From an uncultured Candidatus Berkelbacteria bacterium (GTDB lineage Bacteria > Patescibacteriota > UBA1384 > UBA12157): DNA of 64,000 nucleotides. Below are positions 17,855 through 26,991 of the stretch, piece after piece. The DNA is taken from the NCBI GenBank assembly GCA_903877885.1, contig CAIRFN010000011.1, positions 9,281-73,280 on the forward strand, written 5' to 3'. The notes under the pieces are model-generated. The model made no database searches and was not told where the DNA came from. It was given only the letters and a program-made list of their open reading frames with translations. The position numbers were made by a program, and so were the translations under genes. Each line of letters opens with the position of its first letter. The first letter of the stretch is position 1.

Positions 17855-18578
17855 ACCACCTATTACGCCAGAAAACGCACAATTAGCCATACAAACACCT
17901 GTCAATCCAGCCACTCCCCCTCTTAGTAATGAAGCAAATAAACTTAGCCCACAGGATTTAAAAATCATAAATGATGTTAAAACTACGGGCGAACATCAAA
18001 TACCGAGAATAAATAATAATGATATTCAACAAATAAATGATATGGGGGTTCATCAGGTTAAAGATAACAGTCCTATTGTATATGATAAAGGTTCTTTGAC
18101 CCATTTTGCCGAAACTGTTGGTAGCCCAGAAAAATCAGTGCATTTAAGTCCGGCTGAAACTGAACTTGTAGTCAGTAATCCAGATGATGTTTTGCCTAAT
18201 TTTTTTAAAGGTGGATCGAACTCATATTTATATGTTAAAAAAACTCCACAAAACACATTGTCAATCGTGGAGGTTTTAGATGATGGGAGTAAATTGCGTG
18301 TCAGTCACGGCGGTTTTAAAACAACTGAGAACTATTTGAAACCGATGGAAGAATTAAAAAAATCTATCTTGGAGGACGGCGGATCCCTCATTGGTCAGCC
18401 TGGACAAAGTCCAGTGATTAACCCTCAAAAGGGTACTGCCGTGGTGAGCCTTGCCACTAGTCAAGATAGATTATCTAATCCAAGTATCCCACAAAAAGAA
18501 GGTCTTGTCAATCCTCCCCCTCTTAGTAATGAAGCAGGGGGGATAAGGCCAGGAGAGGTGGGAGGAGTTAAAAAATGA
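17817..18578 (+). CDS. Hypothetical protein with internal PPLSNEA repeats
   Basis: 253 aa. NPATPPLSNEANKLSP near the N-terminus and VNPPPLSNEAGGIRPG near the C-terminus. Confidence 0.45.
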   Translation: MTHKKKLDQSSTKPPITPENAQLAIQTPVNPATPPLSNEANKLSPQDLKIINDVKTTGEHQIPRINNNDIQQINDMGVHQVKDNSPIVYDKGSLTHFAETVGSPEKSVHLSPAETELVVSNPDDVLPNFFKGGSNSYLYVKKTPQNTLSIVEVLDDGSKLRVSHGGFKTTENYLKPMEELKKSILEDGGSLIGQPGQSPVINPQKGTAVVSLATSQDRLSNPSIPQKEGLVNPPPLSNEAGGIRPGEVGGVKK

Positions 18579-18892
18579 ACATAACCGAAGTTCAAATTAT
18601 ACCAATTAAACCGAGTGATGGTTTGGTCGGGTTCGCCAGTTTGGTTTTAGATGGCAAAATCTTTCTTGGCTCGATCGGGGTCCATTCAAGACTGGACGGC
18701 AACGGCTACAGAATCACCTACCCCACCAAAAAGGTCGGCGACAGGAACTTGAATATATACCATCCCATCGATCGGGATTTATCTTCAGCCATCGAAACGG
18801 CAATTTGTAACAAATTTAAAGAAGTAATGGAAAAAAGTAATGATCGACACAATAGCTTTAACCCTGAATCAGGACCAGTACAAGATTTTTGA
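18575..18892 (+). CDS. SpoVG-family protein
   Basis: ITEVQIIPIKPSDGLVGFASLVLDGKIFLGSIGVHSRLDGNGYRITYPTKK...IYHPIDRDLSSAIETAI aligns with B. subtilis SpoVG ([44 protein letters not shown]...DIAHPIN...KIQDAVL). Confidence 0.6.
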   Translation: MNITEVQIIPIKPSDGLVGFASLVLDGKIFLGSIGVHSRLDGNGYRITYPTKKVGDRNLNIYHPIDRDLSSAIETAICNKFKEVMEKSNDRHNSFNPESGPVQDF

Positions 18893-19949
18893 CCACAGTA
18901 GATTTAGATCAACTGATTATATAGGGAAAAATAGCTTTACTAAAAAAGTTTATAACCCTGATTTTAACAAAGAAGGATATAAGCCAAGAATCACTCTTTA
19001 TAATAGATTCGGGACCGAACAGATTCGAATTGAATTTTCGGCTCCTAAAATCCTCTTTGGCAATAATTTTGACGAACTGGATGAAAGCGATTTTGATAAT
19101 CTAGTGGCTAAACTCTATAACAATTTATGGGAAATGAAGATCAGAGCATATCCCGATGATTTAAAAAAAGCCAATGTTTCCAAAATAGATTATTCGAAAA
19201 ACTTTGTTTTGGGAAACGGCGTTAAAACTTGGCAAATTCTCAATGAACTCAGTAAAGTTGACCTTACCAGATCAAGTGATATTGAAGAGGTAAAATATCG
19301 TAATAAGGGGCATTGCTTGCATTTGAAGCATACCAACTCACTCGATTTTGCCGTTTACGACAAATGGGCCGATTTGGTTAAGGCTAAAATAAGCGACAAA
19401 CGATCAATTGAAAAAGATAATAAATTACAGCTTAATTTACTGGATTTAATTGAAGACACGAATAAATTGGAGATTATCAGAATTGAAGCAAGGCTCGTTG
19501 ACAGGCAGAAAATCAAAGACATTTTGAAATTATTCTCTTTTAATGATGATCTTACTTTTCAAGGATTATTCAAAAAACATATTGCCAGGGCGGTCCTCGG
19601 CAAGTACTGGCACGAAATAGCCGATGGCTTGGATATTGCAAACATAAGAGACTATGAAGAAATCGATTTGATAAGTTTAATATTGGAATCTGATAAGATG
19701 ACGGCGAACCAAGCCCTCAGGATAGCCTCTGTGATAAATATTTACCAAAAGGGTCAAGTTCTACAGTTAAAAAATCTATTGAGTTCTCACGGCTATGACA
19801 GGTCATTTAGCGAACTTGCAAAGCTTATTCGAACCTTAGATTTGCCAAAAAATTGTAAATATAAAGCCATATTGGGTATTGGCCAGTCTATCGAAGAGAT
19901 GAACAAAACAAGCCTAAAGAATCATCCAAAATTAAAATTTGCAATGTAA
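18840..19949 (+). CDS. Putative rolling-circle replication initiator (Rep_trans-like)
   Basis: N-terminal alternating hydrophobic motif MIDTIALTL, an IRIEFSAPK block and FAVYDKWADL. These resemble the Rep_trans family, whose hallmark is a conserved YDK. Assignment is tentative. Confidence 0.35.
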   Translation: MIDTIALTLNQDQYKIFDHSRFRSTDYIGKNSFTKKVYNPDFNKEGYKPRITLYNRFGTEQIRIEFSAPKILFGNNFDELDESDFDNLVAKLYNNLWEMKIRAYPDDLKKANVSKIDYSKNFVLGNGVKTWQILNELSKVDLTRSSDIEEVKYRNKGHCLHLKHTNSLDFAVYDKWADLVKAKISDKRSIEKDNKLQLNLLDLIEDTNKLEIIRIEARLVDRQKIKDILKLFSFNDDLTFQGLFKKHIARAVLGKYWHEIADGLDIANIRDYEEIDLISLILESDKMTANQALRIASVINIYQKGQVLQLKNLLSSHGYDRSFSELAKLIRTLDLPKNCKYKAILGIGQSIEEMNKTSLKNHPKLKFAM

Positions 19950-19983
19950 ACTAAAGTAAAGTATTATAATAACAGAGGTAATA

Positions 19984-21951
19984 ATGGAAAATAACGAAGA
20001 ATTTTACACATCACAGGAAATTGCCGATAAATTGAAGATCAATATAATGACCGTTTATAGACATATTAATTCTGGTAAATTGAAGGCTATAAAAACAGGT
20101 AAAGATTTCAGGGTTCTCAAGTCCGATTTTGAGGACTATTTACAGAGTAATCAGCAAAGAAATGTTCTTGAAGAAAAAGACAATAAAATTCTTTTTTTAG
20201 AAAAAACGATTGCAAAACTTAAAAATAACATCAAAAAAGAAAGATACGGGTTGAATTGGTTTGATGTCCCTGAGGCCTTCGAGGATGATGTCGAGCATAA
20301 ACTTCCAATATTAAAGGAAGACCAAAAAATGGCGATTGGAACTGAAGATGACCAACCAACTCATATACTTATCGAGGGTGATAATTACCACGCACTCACT
20401 TGCTTAAATTATACTCACAAGGAAAAGATTGATATTGTTTACATCGATCCACCGTATAATACTGGCTCGGATGGATTCAGATACAAGGACAAGAGGATAT
20501 TGGATAAATTTCCCGATGGAACTGATGTACCCGTTGATCATCCATTTAGACAATCTTACTGGCTGTCTTTTATGAAAAAAAGATTGGATTTGACATACGA
20601 TTTAATGAAAAAAGATGGTCTATTAGCTGTCTCTATCGATGACAACGAATATGCCCAATTAAAACTATTATTAGCAGAAAAATTCGGCGACTCAATCAAG
20701 ACAATTGTAGTGAAAATGAGCGAAGCCTCTGGTCTGAAGATGGCCTCTATTAAAAAATCTGGCGGTATACCCAAATATAAAGAGTACTTACTCCTAGCGA
20801 TGAAGGATGGAATTAGAAACCTATCATTCGACTTTATCCCTAAAGAAATTTGGGATAATGAGTATAATCTTATACTTGAAAATTTTTCCTATAACGACTA
20901 CCAGGAATATCTTAATATATTAGATAACAATAATCTCGCTCCTAAAACCGCAACCGAACATCTTGATGAAATTTTCCAAAATGTAAAGATTGGCTCTCTA
21001 GCGGCCACCTTAAAGTCATTAGAAATTCCAAAAAATGAATTATCTAAATGGCTTACAGATAATAGTTGGCGAATTTGCCGCAGCGCAGCTTCTAGTTCAG
21101 TTAAGAGACTCGCTGATGTCAAAAGGATGGATAGTAAACAACAGATTTTTTCTGTAAATTCTGTAAGAGATAATATCCTCTATCTTGTCAAAGGCGACTA
21201 TGACGATGATTCAGCAAGTCCTCGTGTACAATTACTCCTCGCAATCGATAATTTAAGTGTACATCCAGGCGACCTATGGACAGACATAAAAACTACTGGT
21301 CTTGAGGCAGAGGGTGGTGTAGAGTTTAAAAATGGTAAAAAACCATTAGCTCTGTTAAAAAGAATTATATCAAGCATTAACGATAAAAACGCCGTTATAC
21401 TAGATTTTTTTGCTGGTTCTGGGACAACTGGCGAAGCAGTAATGGAGCTGAATCATAAAGATAAAGGAAGAAGACAATTTATTCTAGTTACTAATAACGA
21501 GGGTGGCATTATGACTGAAGTATGCCATCCAAGAATGGTTAATTCTGTCAAAAAGTATAATGGCTCAATAAAATATTATAAGACTGCCTTTGTTGGGGAA
21601 AATAACATTTTAAATTCAACTGACCAGGATAAGCTAGAGTTAGCCTATAATGCTGGTGAGCTCTTGGCAATTGCAGAAAATACTCTTTACGAACAAAAGA
21701 AAAATGAATTTTACCAAATATTTAAAGATAATAATCGCTACACTGCAATATATTTTAGGGAAGAAATGGATAAATACGATGAATTTATTCAGGAAGTTAA
21801 AAAATTAAAAGCTGACGAAATATCCGTTTATATCTTTAGCTGGGAATCTGATGAAACAATATACGAATTTGAAGATATGAAAAATATTAGAATAAAAACA
21901 ATTCCTCAACCAATAGTAGAAATTTATAAGCAAATATATAATTTGGTATAA
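19984..21951 (+). CDS. mod: Type III restriction-modification methyltransferase (Mod) with N-terminal excisionase-type HTH
   Basis: N-terminal HTH (YTSQEIADKLKINIMTVYRHINSGKLKAIKTGKDFRVLKSDFEDYL). MTase motif IV (IDIVYIDPPYNTGSD) and motif I (ILDFFAGSGTTGEAV). It sits immediately upstream of a helicase-type restriction subunit. Confidence 0.8.
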   Translation: MENNEEFYTSQEIADKLKINIMTVYRHINSGKLKAIKTGKDFRVLKSDFEDYLQSNQQRNVLEEKDNKILFLEKTIAKLKNNIKKERYGLNWFDVPEAFEDDVEHKLPILKEDQKMAIGTEDDQPTHILIEGDNYHALTCLNYTHKEKIDIVYIDPPYNTGSDGFRYKDKRILDKFPDGTDVPVDHPFRQSYWLSFMKKRLDLTYDLMKKDGLLAVSIDDNEYAQLKLLLAEKFGDSIKTIVVKMSEASGLKMASIKKSGGIPKYKEYLLLAMKDGIRNLSFDFIPKEIWDNEYNLILENFSYNDYQEYLNILDNNNLAPKTATEHLDEIFQNVKIGSLAATLKSLEIPKNELSKWLTDNSWRICRSAASSSVKRLADVKRMDSKQQIFSVNSVRDNILYLVKGDYDDDSASPRVQLLLAIDNLSVHPGDLWTDIKTTGLEAEGGVEFKNGKKPLALLKRIISSINDKNAVILDFFAGSGTTGEAVMELNHKDKGRRQFILVTNNEGGIMTEVCHPRMVNSVKKYNGSIKYYKTAFVGENNILNSTDQDKLELAYNAGELLAIAENTLYEQKKNEFYQIFKDNNRYTAIYFREEMDKYDEFIQEVKKLKADEISVYIFSWESDETIYEFEDMKNIRIKTIPQPIVEIYKQIYNLV

Positions 21952-21953
21952 AA

Positions 21954-24332
21954 ATGAAGCAATTTAACCCATTAGAATTTCAAAAAGAGACCATAGATAA
22001 ATTATCGAAAGTTTTTGTTGAGACTTGGAAAAAAGGTGGCAAAAAACTCCCCATTGTTTTGAAAGCCCCTACTGGTAGCGGTAAAACTTTTATGGTTGCT
22101 AATTTTATCAGAGGTTTAAATCATTTACCCCAATGGCAAGAAGATAAAGCGTTTATCTGGATTACTTTTAGCGATGATCTTGCTATGCAAAGTAAAGACA
22201 AATTTGCCGAATACTTTGAGAACAATTTAGAGAACAATTTAGTTACTGTCGATGATATAAACAGAAGAAAGCTATTTAACAATGATATTATCTTTCTAAA
22301 TTGGCAAAAAATAGTTTCAAAAAGTGCCGAGACTCGGGTATTAAGGAGACCAGAAGATGAAATAATGCGAAAAGAAAGAGGGGCTTATTGGGAAGACTTT
22401 ATTGACGGAACTCAAAACGATAATCGTGAAATAATTCTCATTATTGACGAAGCTCATAAGAATAAAGGTACAATTCTTGCAAAAGAGATTATTGACTATA
22501 TAGATCCAAAAATCATTTTACATATTACTGCTACACCAGATAAAGAAGATGAACTTGAAGCCTACAGAATGGGTTCAATGGTTGAGGTTAATCGTCCGCA
22601 GGTAGTAGAACAAGGTCTTATCAAAGAAAAAATCGTGGTTCAGACAGAAGAAGATTTATTGAGCCACAAAGGGCAAGATCTTGATAAAGTATTACTTGAT
22701 TTAGGTGTTAAGCGGAGAGAAGAATTAAAGAAAGAATTTAAAGAACTTGGCAAAGATGTAAACCCTTTAATGTTGATCCAGCTACCAAACGATGACAACA
22801 AATTGATTGAAATGGCCAAAGAAACAAAAGAATCGGTTGTAAGTGATTACCTAAAAGAAATTGGAATACCTGATAAAAAAATTGCCAAATGGTTTGATGG
22901 TAGACAAGAGAATATGGAGTTAATAACTGAAAACGATAGTGACACCGACTATATGCTCTTTAAGCAGGCGGCTGGAACTGGTTGGGACTGTCCTCGTGCT
23001 TCCGTTCTCGTAATGTTCAGAGAGATTAAATCTGATAAATTTTACACTCAAACAGTTGGCAGAATACTCAGAATGCCAGAACCAGAGCTTAAAGAAGACT
23101 ACAAAAATAATGAAAATTTAAGAATTGGCTATCTTTACACGAACTATAAGAGGAATCAAGTTGAATTGCCTGATCAATCAGGCAATAATAAGCCATATAT
23201 TCATTTCTCATATCCGAAAGAAGGTGTTAAGAACATAGAGCTACAATCCGAATATATTTCAAGAGTTGATTATGGGGATATTCCAAAATCCTTTAAATTT
23301 CAGCAAAGCTTTATCAAATCAATAAACAAATATTTTGATATAACGGATAACGATATACTTGGGAAAGCCCAAAAAAAATTAGAAAACCAAAAAATAGATC
23401 TTGACGGTAATCTAACCAATAAGATTATCGTTAATGCCGAGTTTAAAGATTTCGATCAATTGAACTACGAATTTAACAAAGAAGGTAGCGATCTTGAAAT
23501 GGAAATGTCTACTAATGACGTTGAAAAAACGTTTAATTATATTTGCTATCAATTACTACAAGAACAGGAAAATAATGAAGCAAAATACACCAATATCGCA
23601 AGGTCTTGGAGTACTCTAAAATCCGCTATAAGAATTTGGTTAAAGAAAACCATTAACGAAGATAGTGATTATTTCTATCGGGTATTCGTTAAAGATATTA
23701 ATAAAGGGGCTTCTAGCAAGTTTAGACCAGCAATAACGAAAGCTTTGATTGATTTTAAGCCGATAGCAAAACAAATAATTGATGAAAAAAAGATTTTGCA
23801 CGAGCAAAAAGAAGCTCCTTTGTTTAAAATCCAAGATGAATATTCATTTACTGAAGACTATACGGATGAAGATCAGAAGCTATGTGTTCTGGATAAGTTT
23901 TATATCTTAATAGATGATTACAAGGGCAAAAAAAATGAGCTTGATTTCAAAAATTATATAGATAGTCTGGATAATTCTATTACTTGGTGGTTTAAAAATG
24001 GTGATTATGGGAAAATATATTACGCCTTAAAATATATGGACTCCGTTGATCAGAAAGAGGCTCTTTTCTATCCAGATTGGATAATCTATTTCAAGGATGG
24101 CAGAATCGGTATATTTGATACAAAAGATGACGAGACTGCTAAATCTCAAGAAACTAAAGATAAGGCCGTTGCGCTTTCTGAAAAAATAAAAGCTCTTGGC
24201 AACAAATATGTTGGTGGTATCATAGTGAAGAGTTCTGGGGTTTGGTATTTTAATGATTCGGTTAATTATGAGTTTGTAAAAGGAAAAATTGAACAAGATA
24301 AAAATTGGAAAAAATTTGAAGGAATATTATGA
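21954..24332 (+). CDS. res: Type III restriction enzyme, Res subunit (SF2 helicase-nuclease)
   Basis: Helicase motif I LKAPTGSGKTFMVANF and motif II IIDEAHK (DEAH box), 792 aa. Start is 3 nt after the mod stop. Confidence 0.8.
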   Translation: MKQFNPLEFQKETIDKLSKVFVETWKKGGKKLPIVLKAPTGSGKTFMVANFIRGLNHLPQWQEDKAFIWITFSDDLAMQSKDKFAEYFENNLENNLVTVDDINRRKLFNNDIIFLNWQKIVSKSAETRVLRRPEDEIMRKERGAYWEDFIDGTQNDNREIILIIDEAHKNKGTILAKEIIDYIDPKIILHITATPDKEDELEAYRMGSMVEVNRPQVVEQGLIKEKIVVQTEEDLLSHKGQDLDKVLLDLGVKRREELKKEFKELGKDVNPLMLIQLPNDDNKLIEMAKETKESVVSDYLKEIGIPDKKIAKWFDGRQENMELITENDSDTDYMLFKQAAGTGWDCPRASVLVMFREIKSDKFYTQTVGRILRMPEPELKEDYKNNENLRIGYLYTNYKRNQVELPDQSGNNKPYIHFSYPKEGVKNIELQSEYISRVDYGDIPKSFKFQQSFIKSINKYFDITDNDILGKAQKKLENQKIDLDGNLTNKIIVNAEFKDFDQLNYEFNKEGSDLEMEMSTNDVEKTFNYICYQLLQEQENNEAKYTNIARSWSTLKSAIRIWLKKTINEDSDYFYRVFVKDINKGASSKFRPAITKALIDFKPIAKQIIDEKKILHEQKEAPLFKIQDEYSFTEDYTDEDQKLCVLDKFYILIDDYKGKKNELDFKNYIDSLDNSITWWFKNGDYGKIYYALKYMDSVDQKEALFYPDWIIYFKDGRIGIFDTKDDETAKSQETKDKAVALSEKIKALGNKYVGGIIVKSSGVWYFNDSVNYEFVKGKIEQDKNWKKFEGIL

Positions 24333-25831
24333 AAGCGGTAATTCTTGCCAGGGTTTCGACCAAAGAGCAAGAAGATCAGGGTCATTCTTTACCCGCTCAG
24401 ATAAGAAAGCTTGAAGAATATGCGGAAAAGCATAATTTTGAGGTAGTTGAAACGTTCTCTTTCTCGGAAAGTGCTGGCAGTAAAATCAGAAAAAAGTTTG
24501 AAGAGGTTCTTAAGTACTTGAAGCAAAATAAAAGCGTCAAGGTTCTTTTATGCGAGAATGTGGACCGATTAACTAGAAACTTTAAAGACGCTGTCGATAT
24601 AGACGAAATGCGTAAAAATAACGGTCTAGAGGTCCATTTTGTTCAAGATGGCTTCTTTTTAAATGCCAAAGCCACAGGCAATCAAATGTTTATGTGGGAA
24701 GCAAAGGTCTTTATTGCCAAACAATACTTGAACAGATTATCTGATGATGTGAATAGGTCTATAGATCAAAAGCTTAGAAATGGCGAATGGCCGACGAAAG
24801 CCCCAATCGGCTACCTGAACGAAACATTAGAAGACGGCAAAAAAGATATATTGCCCGATAGTACTAGAAGGCGTTATATCAAAAAGGCTTTTGAATTATT
24901 CGCTACTGGCAGTTATAGCGTGCCGAAAATCGCTCAAATTCTTGAAGCCGATGGTTTAAGAAATAATAACCCTCAAAAATCGGTTGTGCCTTATAGCCAG
25001 ATGGATATAATCCTGAAGAATCCATTTTATTACGGCGAAATGATTTATAAAGATCAGATCTGGCCCCACCATTACGAACCAATAATCGAGAAATGGCTAT
25101 TTGAAAAATGCAATTCGGTCCGAAATGGTCGGTCCAATACTCTAATTAAATACGCCAGCAAGCCTTTTGTTTTTCGAGGGCTGATCAGATGTGGCGAATG
25201 TGGCTGTATGATCGGTAAAGACCCGAAGAAAGGTTTTAATTATTGTGTTTGTAATCAATTTAAGGGTAAGCATAAAACAGAAATAGTACTTGAAGAAGAC
25301 CTTATTGAGCAAGTTAAAGACGTTTTTCGTAAAATCAGAGTACCTATGGACGTACTTCAGGATCTAAAATTATCATTGGAAAATAACCTTAAGGCCGAGC
25401 AAGAATTTTATGAAACTTCAATTGATCAGTTCAGGAAAGAATACGACGAAAACAAACGAATATTAAAGAAATCTTACCTCGACAATGCCAGAGGGCGTAT
25501 TACAGACGACCAATATGATGAAATCTTCGAAGAAATATCAGCCAGACAAAGCTTCTTAGACAACCAAATGCAAAGGCATACAGAGGGCAACAAAGCGTTT
25601 CTTATGGCCTGTACATACCTTATCAAGCTAACAAACAAAGCACTAGAAATATTTGAAAGTTCGAAACCAGAACAAAAAAGACAACTCATCACCTTCATAC
25701 TTTCGAACTTGAAATTAGAAGGCAAAAAGCTGTCTTTTACTCTGAACGAGCCCTTCGACGCCATCGTCGAATACTCTCAATCAGTAACAAAGCTCCCCGG
25801 GCCCGATTCGAACGGGCGACCGTCTCCTTAA
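24329..25831 (+). CDS. Large serine recombinase (resolvase/invertase N-domain plus recombinase and zinc-ribbon domains)
   Basis: N-terminus MKAVILARVSTKEQEDQGHSLPAQ carries the catalytic Ser context. C-terminal Cys cluster (CGECGCMIG...CVCNQF). 500 aa. The last 13 codons or so are antisense to tRNA-Asn. Confidence 0.85.
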   Translation: MKAVILARVSTKEQEDQGHSLPAQIRKLEEYAEKHNFEVVETFSFSESAGSKIRKKFEEVLKYLKQNKSVKVLLCENVDRLTRNFKDAVDIDEMRKNNGLEVHFVQDGFFLNAKATGNQMFMWEAKVFIAKQYLNRLSDDVNRSIDQKLRNGEWPTKAPIGYLNETLEDGKKDILPDSTRRRYIKKAFELFATGSYSVPKIAQILEADGLRNNNPQKSVVPYSQMDIILKNPFYYGEMIYKDQIWPHHYEPIIEKWLFEKCNSVRNGRSNTLIKYASKPFVFRGLIRCGECGCMIGKDPKKGFNYCVCNQFKGKHKTEIVLEEDLIEQVKDVFRKIRVPMDVLQDLKLSLENNLKAEQEFYETSIDQFRKEYDENKRILKKSYLDNARGRITDDQYDEIFEEISARQSFLDNQMQRHTEGNKAFLMACTYLIKLTNKALEIFESSKPEQKRQLITFILSNLKLEGKKLSFTLNEPFDAIVEYSQSVTKLPGPDSNGRPSP

Positions 25832-25864
25832 CAGGGAGTCGCTCTACCGCTGAGCTACCGGGGA
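25793..25864 (-). tRNA. tRNA-Asn (anticodon GTT)
   Basis: Manual fold of the reverse complement: acceptor TCCCCGG/CCGGGGA, D-arm GCTC-AGCGGTA-GAGC, anticodon arm ACTCC-CTGTTAA-GGAGA, variable CGGTC, T-arm GCCCG-TTCGAAT-CGGGC, discriminator G. CCA is not encoded. Confidence 0.85.
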
Positions 25865-25899
25865 GCTTTATCACCAATTGATTTTAAAACGCTGAGCTA

Positions 25900-25936
25900 T
25901 GACGCTTAGCGTCTGGTTTTGACGCTTAGCGTCTGG
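25900..25936. promoter_or_regulatory. Two tandem copies of a palindromic 17-mer (TGACGCTTAGCGTCTGG) upstream of tRNA-Asn
   Basis: Copies at 25900-25916 and 25920-25936 with a 20-bp period. Each contains GACGC-tta-GCGTC, and they lie 35-70 bp upstream of the tRNA 5' end. Confidence 0.4.
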
Positions 25937-26047
25937 ATACCGGGGAATACTATCTAAAACTATTTTACCAAAAAATCGTCTTGATTGCAACTATTTAGCT
26001 CCAACCATATATTACCACCTCCAAGGTGGTAACGCGGTTAATTTGAT

Positions 26048-26072
26048 TTAAAAAAGCTCCCGGAAGGGAGCA
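26048..26072 (-). terminator. Rho-independent terminator after the deacetylase gene
   Basis: GCTCCC-ggaa-GGGAGC hairpin preceded by a plus-strand A-run, giving a T-run on the minus strand. Confidence 0.5.
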
Positions 26073-26096
26073 AGTGAAAAGACAAATAATCGAATG

Positions 26097-26924
26097 TTAG
26101 GTTTTAAGATCAGAGAGATTGATGGTTTGATAGTTTTTTTGTTTTAAGATTTCCAGTAATTTTGGCAACATAATCAAAGTGTTTTTCTTTTCGTGCATCA
26201 AAATGACGACACCGGGTTTAAGTCTTGCCGAAATATAATTCAGGGTTTGCTCTGGCGGCGGACCATTCTTGCCGCGCCAATCTTTCGGATCAATATCCCA
26301 AATAATGACTTTGTGACCCAAACTTTCGGCCACGGTGTCAGATCGCGAATTATGGGCGCCGTAAGGTGGGCGGAAAAAGAGCGGTTTGTGGCCAATCGCG
26401 CCAGTTAAAATTCGATCGGTTTGACAAATTTCCGATCGGTCTTTAGCTGATGAGCAGCTGGCGAAATTGGCGTGAGTAAAACTATGATTGCCGATTTCAA
26501 AACCGGCTTTGGCCAAAGCTTTAATCGAATCGGTTTGATAGGCTGCTTGTTGACCGATAAAAAAGAAAGTGGCGGTGGCGTGATATTGTTTCAGAATTTC
26601 CAAAGCTCTCTGATCGAAAAACTTTTGTGGTCCGTCATCAATCGTAATGGCGACCACACGAGTATTTTTCGGTTCGGGCTTTGACGGTTGTTTAACTTTG
26701 ATTGGTGCCAACAAACTTTTTTTCCAATTTTGATATTGATGGAATTCAACAGATTGGTCAAACCAAAAAGTTGGGGGATTTATCGAAACTGAAATTTTTG
26801 TTTTAATGACGCAGGTTTGAATTATCTGATTTTTACTATTTAAATCGGCATTAAAAGTCGGCATTGAGGCGAAAAAAGTTAATCCTAAAACTAGCAACCA
26901 TTTCATTGGATTTCTCCTTCTCAA
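26097..26924 (-). CDS. Secreted polysaccharide deacetylase (NodB/CE4 family)
   Basis: N-terminal signal peptide (MKWLLVLGLTFFASM). NodB motifs TIDDGPQ, HSFTH and RPPYG. Confidence 0.85.
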   Translation of the reverse strand: MRRRNPMKWLLVLGLTFFASMPTFNADLNSKNQIIQTCVIKTKISVSINPPTFWFDQSVEFHQYQNWKKSLLAPIKVKQPSKPEPKNTRVVAITIDDGPQKFFDQRALEILKQYHATATFFFIGQQAAYQTDSIKALAKAGFEIGNHSFTHANFASCSSAKDRSEICQTDRILTGAIGHKPLFFRPPYGAHNSRSDTVAESLGHKVIIWDIDPKDWRGKNGPPPEQTLNYISARLKPGVVILMHEKKNTLIMLPKLLEILKQKNYQTINLSDLKT

Positions 26925-26991
26925 ACAAATTTTTCAGGAACAGTAATATCAAAATTATAACTTTAACTCATCAATTTCCAAAATTGTCAAT

